A stretch of 64,000 nucleotides of DNA. Origin: Azolla caroliniana (Eukaryota; Plantae; Polypodiophyta). The translations under genes and the position numbers were made by a program. The DNA is taken from positions 9,424,001 through 9,488,000 of the forward strand of contig JBHGNT010000005.1 of NCBI GenBank assembly GCA_043228905.1. Reading direction: 5' to 3'. Below, piece after piece: positions 38,232-50,255 of the stretch. Numbering within the stretch: the first letter of the stretch is position 1; every line of letters starts with the position of its first letter. The notes beneath the pieces are model-generated. The model was not told the origin of the DNA. It was given only the letters and a program-made list of their open reading frames with translations, and did not search any database.

Positions 38232-38285
38232 AGCGGACTGTTGCGGAGTGGGGAAGTGATAGTCCGAGAAGCCCTGATACCCCAC
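38222..38285 (+). promoter_or_regulatory. Predicted -1 ribosomal frameshift signal (G GAU UUU + H-type pseudoknot)
   Basis: Heptamer 38222-38228; stem 38234-38244/38256-38266; loop GTGGGG pairs with CCCCAC 38280-38285; -1 frame open into pol. Confidence 0.75.
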
Positions 38286-41200
38286 ACAGGAAGAAAACTC
38301 TCGGAGCAAAACATGTACGAATTGGTCCGAATGGGGCATCTACGTACACGACCGTAACCGGAGGATTGAAGAAAGGATACCGACAAGTGGAGGATAAGTT
38401 GCGGTCGGCATCAATAATAAAAGAAGATGAAGAAATCGTGGGGATAGTCGAAGAAGTGTTCTATGAGAGCACGCTACAACGACTTGAAGAGCTTGCGGAA
38501 GATAAAAGCCAAGGGAACCGGGTAGTCCCGGTGGAATCGGTCGAGATGTACGAGATCATTGCGAAAATGGAGCCGGATACGCTCCGCAAAGAAGAAGCAA
38601 TGGTAAGTACGAAATACAAGACCGTGGAGAAGAAGGTGAAACCGGCCGCGGGACCACTACCCGCTGATAGCGAACAAAAGAGGAAAGAAGTCTCGGGAGA
38701 TCCGACACTTCGGAAGACCGTGGATATCGGACATGCCTTCACGGATGAGACCCGGAAGAAACTTCGGATCGGTGGAGGTGGGTTCCTATTACAAAAAGAA
38801 GAAGAACGGTTTCGCGAGATGTTGGAGCAACACGGCAAAGCGTTTGCATTTACATCAAGGGAGATAGGGTGCGTCGATCCGAGAATAGTGGAGCCGATGG
38901 TGATCTTCACGATTGACCATGTACCGTGGAACCTGAAGCCGATTCCGGTGCCACGAGCGCATATTCCGAAAGTCATTGACTTGCTCAAGGAGAAGGTGGC
39001 GATGGGGATTCTAGAGCCATCAACTGCTCCGTACTCAAATCGATGGTTTACGGTTCCGAAGAAGAATAGGTCACTCCGATTTATCCAAGACTTGCAACCG
39101 GTGAATAAGGTCACGATCCAGAACTCGGGAGTCGGTCCGATAGTGGACGAATTTGCGGAAGCTTTTGCCGGTCGTGCGATATACTCCATCGGAGACCTAT
39201 ACTCGGGGTATGACCAATTCCAACTAGTCGTGGAGAGCTGAGACATCACAACCGTGCGAACACCGATAGGATTAGTCCGAATGTGCACACTACCACAAGG
39301 AGCGACAAACTCGGTTGCTCATATGATGAACGCGATGAACAAGGTGCTTCGAGACTGCATTCCGGAGATAACGATGCCGTTCCTCGATGACATTCCGATG
39401 AAAGGATGCGCGGTAGAAGAAAAAGATGAGACTATGGATGATCGGGGATGCCGAAAGTTCGTGGTCGACCATATTCATGATTGCGAGAAAGTGTTGCGAA
39501 AGCTAGAAGATGTGCACCTAACACTTTCCGGGGAGAAATCGGCATTCGGGCAAGAAGAAATATTGGTGGTTGGACATCTATGTGGGCCCTACGGCCGAAG
39601 ACCGTCACCAACAAAGATCGATGCGATTCAAGCTATGGAGGAAGTATGCAAGTCAACATCCGAAGTCCGAAGGTTTCTCGGTGCATGTGCATTCTATCAC
39701 ATATGGATTCCGCACTATGCACATATAGCGGACCCGCTCTACCACTTGCTGCGGAAAGGTAAGAAATTCGAATGGAAACCGGAACACACCAAAGCCATGA
39801 AGAAATTGAAGAAGACACTTCGGAGGGCGGAAGCACTTAAGAAGCCGAGCTATGACCGACCGATCATAGTAACTGTTGATACAAGTCCAACCGGTATCGG
39901 GTGGGTCATCAATCAAGCCGACTCGGATGGTTCGCGGTATCCGATCCGATTCGGAGCAAAGGTTCTCAACGAAAGGCAACGTGGATATGCACAAGTCAAA
40001 AGAGAACTGTGGGGAGTCGTGTCGGCGATAAAATCGGATCGGGATTATTTGATCGGAGCCGAAGTGGTGATCGAGACGGATTGTCTTCCGATACTCGGGA
40101 TGATGCGGTGTTGTACGATACCGGATGTAGCTATGCTAAGGTGGGTTGCATATGTCAAGTCGCTTAATCCGGAGGTTCGACACATCTCGGGGAAGGAAAA
40201 CGCGGTAGCGGATATGTTATCAAGGGCTCGGTTCGGAGACGACATAACCGAATCGGATAATGAAGAAGTTTCCGAAGACTACTTCGCGTCGGAGCACATA
40301 TGCCGAGTGAACGTAATCCGAGAATTCCGGGAAGAAGAATACGAGGGAGAAAGTTTGATGATCGGAAAGATGTTACAAGAGGCCGAGGACTCGACAAACG
40401 ATAAAGGAAGGAGAGCCGAGATCCGAAGGAAGAAGAGGCAAGTCCAAAAGTTCTTCTTGGAAAACGGATTAATATGGAGGGCGCCGAAAAGACCGGATGG
40501 TATACCACTTCGAGTAGTCGGGACAAAAGAGCAACAAGACCGGATAATGTCCGAGTTTCACGAATCCGATTGGGCTGGACACCGAGGAACATGGGCAACA
40601 TTTGTGAAGATCAAGCAAAAATATTGGTGGAAGAAAATGTACAAAGATGTCGCGGAGTTCACGGAAAGCTGCGAGAAATGTCAAATCTACTCCGGGGTTC
40701 GACATCGAGATGAGTTACATCCGACATTCTCACCGACAATCAACTTCAAGTGGATGGTTGACATAGTGGCCATGCGGACCGGGATCGGACAAAAGAAATA
40801 CTTGGTATTAGCTCGGGAAGATCTCACGAATCAAGTAGAAGGTCGAGCGCTTCAGAGGAAAACGTGTTCCGCGGTATGCCAATTTCTTTTGGAGGAAGTA
40901 TTTTGTAGGTACGGGTGCGTAGGACAAGTGATTGCGGACCGGGGAGAATTCGACTCGGACAAAGCTAGGGGATTCTTCGCCAAACACGGAGTTCGGTTAT
41001 CGCTGACAATGGCATACAATCCGGAGGCCAACGGGAAAATCGAACGAGGACATAGTCCGATCGTGAAAGCACTTGCAAAGGCATGCGATGGAAAGGTGAA
41101 GGACTGGCCGCAGATGCTTCCGTATGCACTATGGTTACATGCCGACAGAACTCATGACCGGACAAGCACCGGTAATGCCGACGGAAAACGCGATCGCAAC

Positions 41201-41831
41201 ATGGACAGTGCTACCGTGGAAGCAAGAGATGAGCCGGGAAGAACTACTAGCAGTCCGGATACGACAACTAGAGGGGAGACCGGCAGACATAGCAGAAGCA
41301 ATACGCCGACAACAAGAAGCACGATTAAGGAACAAAAGCTGGTTCGACACAAAGCACCGACTACGACCGAGGAGGATTGAAGAAGGAGACTGGGTGATCG
41401 TCTATGACAGTAGTTTGGACCATCAACATACGACGATGCGGAAATTCGCGAAAAGGTGGTTCGGGCCATACGAGGTTCGGAAAGTCTTCGACAACGGAAC
41501 GTACCGACTGTCCGAGTTGGATGGAACAATACTACGAGTGCCTATAGCCGGGAAGCGGGTGAAGATTTTCAAGAAGCGGACTGACGACAAACCCTATGTG
41601 ATCCAAGCCAAGGCCGACAACGAGGAGCAATCGGACGAAGACCACGGTGATGCGGGAAGCGAAGAAAGTGAATTACAACTCATAGTCGACATAAGGGGAG
41701 AATCGGAGGAAGCTTTGGATGAAGACGGATATGGGGAATCGAGAACTTCGGCACATACCGGAGGATGTGCGGGTTCGGAGGGGGCGAGTGTCGTAGTGTA
41801 TTCCACACACTACGTGAAAACCATAAAATAA
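38228..41831 (+). pseudogene. C pol (RT-RH-INT), one stop and one frameshifting deletion
   Basis: LPQGATNSVA, FLDDI, VDTSPTG, YNPEANGKIER, WFGPY motifs. Confidence 0.92.
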
Positions 41832-44774
41832 TATATCCGATTTTAGATACATATAACTAGATAAATAATATATCAAAAGAATTTATCACGTGCATAGGGC
41901 AAGATTTGAACCATGCACCTCCACATAGATAAACCCCAACTTTACCATTGTAATAACTTATCTTTAGTGTTACAAATATAAATTTAATACGTATAAGACC
42001 TTTATTTACACATACCTTTATAAAAAGGTAAAAATCATGTATTCTTTAGAGTGTGAATATTTTATTTACACGTGACATTAAAAGTGACTCATGCACATCT
42101 AGCGTGCATGAGCCCTATATTTAGGAAATGACAAAGCATCACATGCACATTTAGTGTGCATGGACACTTTAGGTGAAAAAGCATGAAGCCATGCTTAGCC
42201 TCTTCCATCTTTATATAAGGAGGAGAGAAATATGTATAGGGTTGTTGATTAATATACAAGGATTGATCAATCTAATATATTCATGGGATTCACGAATTTT
42301 GCCATCTAATTGCTCTTATAATCTAAATATTGTTTTAATTACACTAAACTCATGGGATTCACGAGATTGCTATCTTACTTCTCTTTCCACTATTCATAAC
42401 TAGCCTTAAGTTGTATTCCTCTTCCTCCTAGTCAAAAACCTCGGCGGTTCCCACCCGACTCACGCAACGATCCGGAGCCGAAGGGCACGACAACGCGTGC
42501 AATTCGGTTGCTTGGGTTGCCCACGCCATCCATCCTTTGTCCAACGACGTTTTCAATTGTGCTGTGAACCTCTCTCGATTTGTTTGGAGAAGGATACGCA
42601 CGTTGTCTGTGATGGCCTGGCAACGGTTGCGTGTGTCCTCCATCGACTTCTGGAGGTTTGCAATTTCTTGTTGCCTAACCGCCACCGCTTCTTCGTACGC
42701 GGTCTTCAGGCCTGCCCACAGCTGGGATTCCTTTGCACGTTGTTCTTCTAATTTCCCCATTTCATTGTTTAGGTGGATTTCGAGCTGATGCCTTCTTTCC
42801 TATTCGACCACCAGCTACTAGTCGAACCATACCTTCTTTTTCTCTAATAAGGCCCGGAGTCCCGCGATTGCCGCCTCCGATTTCTTTGCTTCATCCCGTA
42901 ATTGGGTGTTTTCGTCTTTTGTCTAGATGTGCTGAGCTACCTCCGTATCGAGTTTCTCTTCAAGTGTTTTTACTGCGTTCCGGCCGTTAGCCCGGATCTC
43001 CTTTTCTCTATCTGAGGATTGGCGCAATTCAGCTCGAATGCGGTCAATTTCTGATTCCGCTAGTTGCACGACCCTTTTCGCTTTTGAGGCGATGGCGGTC
43101 TGAACCTCAATTTCTTCCTTCAAAGCGTCGATGGCGTGGTTTGGTGGCGGAGTTGCGTGTTGCGCCGTAGTCGCGTCAGCTTCAGCCTCTGCGATGCGTT
43201 CGTTGGCTTTTTGCAGCTCGGCTTGGGTCATTTTCACCTTCTTCTAGACATTCTTATTTTTAATGGCCATCTCCTTGGCGCCCGTGCTGACCTTTGCCAG
43301 TTCCCTATGGACTTCGACTAGGGCCGCGTTTAATGGGGGTAGCTCCATCCCCACTCGGCGTACCCCGACGTTCCTCTGTCTGCCGACCCTGGCTAGCCGG
43401 TCCTCATCGTTGCTCTCCGCCGTTTGTGTTAGGGCGTGCTTGATCATCTGGCGCTCCGCGTGGTCCTCGGCCATTTGTTGGGAGGCTTTTATCTGTTGTG
43501 TTGCCAGGAATTCTATGAGCTCAAAAGAGGTTCCGAACTGTAAGAGGGCACTGAACTCATGGGCCATATCCGGGATATCTGGATATGCCAAAACCTCGCT
43601 TTCCGCCGTCAATACGGCTTTCCCTCGTTGGGACTGGGTCGTAATGATTGGTTGTGGCTCCCGAATGATTTCGAAGGTGGTATTGGGATCCGTAGCTGCA
43701 GAGCCATCGCCTTCGCTCGTTGTCTCTTCCGCCGTGGGGACGTCTTTGACTAATCCCCACCCATCTTTCCTGTCCAATCTACACCGTTTCGGTCTGGGGC
43801 TATCCTGCCGTGTTTCGGTGTTTGGCTCTAGGGCTGCTTCCACGGAACGTGCTGGCTGTTCCTCCTGCGTTGTCTGTGTGTTTGGCTGAGCGGGTTGGGG
43901 TTCCTCTTCCCACTTTGGGGCCGCTAACTCCGCTAACCTGCGCTTCACGGATCGGGGCGGGGGCGTGGGTCGGCTGAGCTGTGGTGCCGGCAGGCCTCAG
44001 GGTGGGAATAGTATCATAAGGTATTGTTGTATGATTGGCCTGAGCTTTTTGCCTGCTTGATACGCATGCAAGCCTCACCTTAACGCTGGCCCTGTGATGA
44101 CCCCCCAATCGACCGCACGCCCTTCAAAGGTATCGATAATGATGCCCGCCTTCTGCTTGGGCATCCCATATGCGTTGACATGTACGCAACCGACCTCTAA
44201 CAGGAACTTGGCAACTTCATGGAAGAAGGGATCCAGGATCTGCTTCGTCCTATAGGCCTTGGCAGAGGAGGAATATGGCCCGAAATATCGCTGTAGCGCC
44301 TCTGCAAGAGGGATTTCGAAATGCCTTTCGCCTAGCAATGACAGGTCCAACTTTTTCCGGATGGAAGAGTTGGTGACTGTTGTGTCGATGTTAAGCTTCC
44401 TGGCGATGTCCATGGAATCCGGGTGTGGGGGTGCCTCTGCAACCCGGATGTACCCATCCAGGTGTTTCTCCATGAGCCATCGGCGTAAGGCAGTAGAGAT
44501 GAAGATCGGCATCGCCAGAGTAGGTTTGTGGGAAGGAGATTGGTGGTTGCGGTGGGCTAGAGCTCTGTGATAGGATGGAGGAGAAGGTGAGGGGGAGGAG
44601 TGATGGGAGCGTTGATAGTTAGAAGGTGGGTTTCTGTTTTGTGCAGAAGATCTTCTATTTCCTTCTTTTTGTGGCTTAGGGTTCATTGGGCGGTGATCCA
44701 TCGTGGTGCCGCGTGTTCTTGAACTAGGAGTCTGTGCATGCATTTAGTCCTTTTAATAGTCGCTATCTTCTCTT

Positions 44775-44805
<31 letters not shown>

Positions 44806-44863
44806 TTTCGTAACAGTTATATACAACCTATTTTTACATTATGGTACAAGTGGGGCCGTCCAT

Positions 44864-47800
44864 TTACGCCGCGGGTTCTCCGGCTCTGTCCTGTTTGGCG
44901 GTGAATGGGTTAGGTGGCGTAGAGCCCAGGTAAGGTTTAAGGCGAAACCCATTCACCTTTTGCCATACTACTTCCCCGACCAACGTACCTAGTTGGAACG
45001 TGCCTTGTTCCGCTCCAATTATCCAGTATGGGCCGGTCCAGCGGAATCGTAACTTCCCTAGCATATGGCCCATGCGGGTTTGGAAAACTAGCATCGCTCG
45101 ACCGACGGTGAACTCCTTTTCCCTTGCGTTCCGATGTCGATCCACAAACGCTTTACGTCGTCGCTGTTCCTACTCCAACACAGCCATGCTGTTTACGCGT
45201 TTTTCCCCGAGTTCGAGTAGTTGGTGGAGCCGTACCTCCTCCGACTTGGCTTTCGATAGTCGGTCCCGTACCTGAATCCGCAAACTGGGTACCTGAAATT
45301 CGACCGGCATCATAGCCTCCAGCCCAAACGCTAGTCGAAACGGTGTTGAATGTTTGCTTGTTTTGTAGCTGGTTCTGTATGCCCATAACGCACTCTGTAA
45401 TTTGGTATCCCAGTCTGTTCTATTTTCATTGACGATTTTCTTCAAGATGGTCTGCAACGTCTTGTTGGTGGATTCCGCTAACCCATTTGCATGTGGATAA
45501 TATGGCGTACTCTTCTTATGGACTATGGTGTAATGATGTGTTAGTTCCCGAACCACCGTATTGAGAAAGTGACTACTGATGAGCTCAATCGGACAGCCGA
45601 ACCGGCACCAGATGTGCTCGTAAAGGAATCTGGCTATGACGATTGCCGTATTTTCTCATAGTGCCTTTGCTTCTACCCACTTGGTGCAATAATCCGTAGC
45701 TACCAATATGTATTTATTGCCCATACAGGCTGCCGCTGGTGTGAAGGGGCCCACAAAATCCAATCCCCACTTTTGGAAGGGGTCTAGCGGTAATATGGGC
45801 TAGTGTGGCATCCTTCCGCCCTCCGTCCGTTGACACAAATCACACTTTCTACAATACTTGGATGCGTCCTTCTGCGTTGTTGGCCACTGTAAGCCCGCCT
45901 ACCATATTTTCCGGGCTGTAACGTCGCCCGCGTAATGGCCGCCTGCCGTGCCACAATGCGCCTCCCGTAAAACTGCTTCTTTCTCATCCTGACGTACCCC
46001 ACATTGCCAAATGCCGTCATTTCCTTTGTGATATAAAACTCCTTCTACGAGGTAGAAGTTACGGCTTCAGACGGCTAGTCGTTTCCTCTCGTCCGTGCGT
46101 AATTGTGGTCGAGGTAGTCTCGTAGTAAAAAAATATGTCATTTCCATAAGCCACCGGTTCGGAAAGGTCGATTCCATTCTTTCTGTTAGTGCTACTACCC
46201 GCAGGATGTCGGCGTCCGGAAAATCGTCGTCATCTTTCTGTACTGTTTCTCCATTCTCGAGTCTGCTCAAAAAATCTGCCACTACGTGTTACGTCCCTGG
46301 TCGGTGCTGGATTATGAAATTGAATTCTTGGAGCAGTAGCATCCATCGCGCCAATTTCCCCGTCAGGGCTTGTTTCTCCACCAAATACAGCAACGCCGAA
46401 TGATCCATGTGGAACGTGAATTTCCTCCCTAGTAAATAATGCTGGAATTTATTGATGCTATAGATCATCCCTAACGCCTCTTGCTCCGTTGTGGAATAGT
46501 TACGCTTTGCTGTTGATAATTTGCAACTAGCATAGTACACTGGCCGATACCAGTTTGGTTCGGTGAGCTGCATTAGTGCACTTCCTATTGCTATGTCCGA
46601 GGCGTCGACGAACACGTAGAATGGCTTCGCCCAAACTGGTGGTTGTACGACGGGGGCCTATGTGAGCATTATCTTAAGTGCCTCATAGGCCTTGTCCTCC
46701 GTTGCGGTCCATTGGAAGGGAGTCCGATGTACGGATGCATGTAACGGCGTGGTGAAGTCCGCCAAATATCGTATCATCCGACTATGCCACCGTACTTGTC
46801 CTAATAACCGACCGAGTGATTTTGCGTTTGTTAGAGTTCTAGCTTGTGTAATCACGGAGATCTTGTTCGGATCGACTGCTATTCCCTCCTTGCTGACTAT
46901 ATGGCCCAGGAGAGTTCCGCTGGTCACGCCAAAAGCACATTTCGTGGGATTCAGGCTTAAGCGTGCGCTGTGGCAACGTTCCAGGCACAGTTGCAGGTGC
47001 GTAAAATGGTCTATTGTTCTCCCATATACCGCAAAGTCATCTAAAAAAACTTGCATGAACGCCAGAATGTATTCCCCAAAGATCTCCGTAATTGTCCGTT
47101 GAAATGTTGCCAGCGCCGTCTTTAGCCCGAACATCATGACGACTGCCACATAGACTCCCCAGTCCGTGACAAATGCCGTCTTTTCTTGGTCCTCGGGATG
47201 CATGCGTACCTGGTTATACCCACTGAAGCCATCTAAAAAACTGTACATCTCATGTCCTGCGACGGCGTCCAGTACGCTATCGGTGAAGGGTAAAGAGAAT
47301 GCGTCCGTAATGGTTACAACGTTTAATTTTCGGTAATCCACGCATACCCGTATTTTGCCGTTTTTTTTTGGAACGACCACTATCGTGCTTAACAATGTGG
47401 CTTGTTTAACTGGCTGTATGAACCCCGCCTTTAGGAGTTTGTCAATTTCTTCTTTTACGCGGGTTGCGTAGTTCGGGTTCATGCGGTAGCGGCGCTGCTG
47501 GACGGGTTTTGCATCAGTTGCTAAATTGATCTTATGCTGATAAAACTTGGGATCTAACCCCTTCATGTCATCGTGAGCCCAAGAAAACACATCTTTATAT
47601 TTTGTGAGTAGTGCGATCATCGTGTTTCTCTGGTCCGGCCTTAATTCCTTTGCGATGGAGAGGAAACGGGGTTCTGATTCTGTACCCACATTTACTTCTT
47701 CCAGGGCGGAGGCGGTGACTTGTCGTGAAATTTCCATTTCCCTTTCGAATGCCGCTCGTGCTCTGCTGAGTTCCAATATGGACTTTGGGTTTGGTTCGCA

Positions 47801-50210
47801 AGCCTCGTCGTGGAGAATAGTGGCCATGGCATATTCTGCCGCGGTTGCGATGACGTCGATTTTGAACAACGGAATGATCCGAGGGTGCTCATCTAGGTAT
47901 GCCTCTAATTCTGCATCCTCCACCCCAACCAACATATTTATATCTTCTGCGTATAATGGTGTTATACCCTTGGGTTGTGGCGTGCTTCCTTCCGTAGGTA
48001 CGCAAACCTTAGTGTGTCTGTGTCGGAAACTAATACACTTGTGTTGCCAGCTCTGCTTGATATTTGCTGCCCGAAGCCATGGTCAGCCCAGAAGCACTGG
48101 GTACACCCTTGGGGCATCCAAGGCGAGGACGAGCGCCGAGATGTCGAAGCGATGTCCGCCCATGATAATGCCTATCTTGCAAATTAACCCCAATGGTCGT
48201 ACTGAGCAGGTATCTGCCATTCGGAGCTAGAATGGGCAAGCCTCCCATTCTGAAATGCCTAACTGCTCGCAAGTTTTCGCGCTAATTACATTGACGCTTG
48301 AGCCGCCATCGATTACGCATCTAGGAATTTCCTGTCCGTGTAATATTAATGTAATAGCTGGGTTGTGGTGATCCACTACAAGTGGGCCGTCGCTAACGTC
48401 TGTAAGGTTTGTAGCGACGCTCACCCCGGGTATGCCCGTCACCCGTTCTTCCATGGTTTGGCGGAAGCGCGGGACTAGCTGCATTAGCTTCTCCATGGTT
48501 AACGTTATCTCGCAGCCCGCTAATGCCTGCCAAATGGGGTCCGGGACCGGTCCTTCGTCCTTTACTCGCTCCCTCGCATTCACAGACTCCTTCCGCATGC
48601 GCTCTGTATTGGTCGCGTTTGCTTTTTCCACCCATGCCTGGGCTTGTCGTCGTATCTCATCTTGCGCAGCCCAATCAACCGTTTTTGTTTGCTAGTGTGT
48701 CGTGACTTGCTGCACTTTCGCCGTAATCGTATTGATGGCGGGCCCCTTGCCCTTGCATGTTGGGCATTGCGTGGCATAATGTTCGGGCTGCTAACAAATA
48801 AAACAATGGATGCTTGATTCACCCTTCTTGGCTCCTGGTGGTGTGTGTCGATCCCCTGGTGTGACTTGCTCCTCCCAGTCTGGCCTTGTTTGTCGGAACG
48901 CACGCGGTGGTTGTTGTTGGTCCCGTCGTGGTTCTTGGTGTCACTCATCTCTTGAGCTTTCGTCGTAATGCCGGTGATCTCAATATTGCCGCGGTTTCCC
49001 ACGATAACCATTGAATCCGCCATGTTTGTTTGTCGGCCGGTGATTCTCATAGCGCCGGCCCCCTTTAGCATAACTCGGATGTCCACAATAATCCTCATCC
49101 TCTAGTTCTTCTTCCTCGGAATTGTTGTGATTTCGGCGATTCCGGTGGTGCCGGTTGTCCCGTGGGTTGCGATCCATATACCGTGGTCGGTCTTCTTGCC
49201 TCCTTTGTTTAGTACAGCGTGGGGGACGTTGTGTGTCCATGCTGCAGACTGTGGGAGCGGCTCTGTTCAACATATTGTATTCGCATTGTTCGACTGTGTG
49301 AGCCTTCGAGTGGCAGATTGGGCAGTGGATTCGCATGTTGCACTCCACTATGGAATGCCCCGAGTTCAATGACCATATCCGTCGTGCACTGGATTGCTTG
49401 ACGAAACTGGCCTTCCTCGTCCTGGGGTAACGCTTGTCGTAAGGAGGACATAGAAAACCTTTCCTCCTCATCGTCCAACTCGAGTTGTAACGCTCGTTCA
49501 ATGACCATATCCGTCGTTTCCCCTTTCACGCTATTGTTGTTGAGCGTTGCCCGGATGGGTCGGCGTAAAGCTGCCATAAATGTCTCTCGAGCCTCGTCCT
49601 CCACGGGGCTCCGTTCTAGTTTCCGCCATAAATTTTGGAAACGTAAGCTGAAGTCTGCGATCGTCTCGGTCGGCTGTTGCTTAATCGTATAGAACTGTCC
49701 GAGGATTTCGCATTGTGGAACCCTCCGATGGAAGAACCGCAAGAAAGTGGACTGCAGCTGATCGAAGGTTGTGATTGCTGGTAAATCCATCTGTGAATGC
49801 CAAAACGCCGCTCACCCATCCAATGTTAACCCGAACTCCGTCATTTTCGAATGGTGCGCTACCGCCTCCTAAAGGCTCTGCGCCAGTGGTTCACATTCCA
49901 GACATTAAGGAACATGCGAATATGGGTTGCGGCATCGGTTTCGCCGTTAAAGCGGGGATAGGCAAAGGCCATGTTGGGGGCTACAGCGGGGCGGGAAAGA
50001 CCATAGGGTGGCTGTGGCGAGCGTGCTCCCTGCGTATCGTCGAGGTATTTGGAGAGCGAAGAATCACCTTTGTAATCACGACAGGTAGTACTGAGGTCGC
50101 TAAGGCAAGGCTTTTGTCGTGCGCGTTCCTCTGCCTAGCGTGTGACGGACCTTGTGATTGGCCGGTCTTGTCATGTTGGTTCTCTGGGCGTCTGCGGCTA
50201 AACATCCATT
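44864..50210 (-). pseudogene. D gag-pol (start approximate)
   Basis: Fragments 49209-49790, 48227-48631 (VIDGGSSVN), 46658-47935 (RT, FLDDF), 46289-46615 (RH), 45170-45556 and 44864-45145 (INT). Confidence 0.9.
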
Positions 50211-50240
50211 CGTCGTTGCTTGTTTGTGAGAAGTCGCAGA

Positions 50241-50255
50241 TCACCAAGTGTGCCA
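50241..50255 (-). other. D sense-strand PBS, tRNA-Arg-like
   Basis: TGGCACACTTGGTGA 4 nt inside the 5' LTR. Confidence 0.7.

Larger units (their letters stand above)
35446..42492 (+). mobile_element. Element C: full-length non-chromovirus gypsy, tRNA-Trp PBS, 4-bp TSD ACGC
   Basis: 704-bp LTRs 35446-36149 and 41789-42492 (~10 differences); PPT GGAGGGGGCGAG 41777-41788; ACGC at 35442-35445 and 42493-42496. Confidence 0.97.
34723..44743 (-). pseudogene. D extra ORF downstream of pol, split by C (34723-35445 and 42497-44743)
   Basis: Fragments 44075-44743, 43244-43948, 42923-43237, 42428-42760, 34723-35145; homologous to the B extra ORF. Confidence 0.75.

Noticed and set aside
38461-39288. Long antisense ORFs over pol/gag (also 43263-43889, 28846-29448, 13760-14377)
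   Set aside because: Shadow frames of GC-rich coding sequence with no independent motifs.
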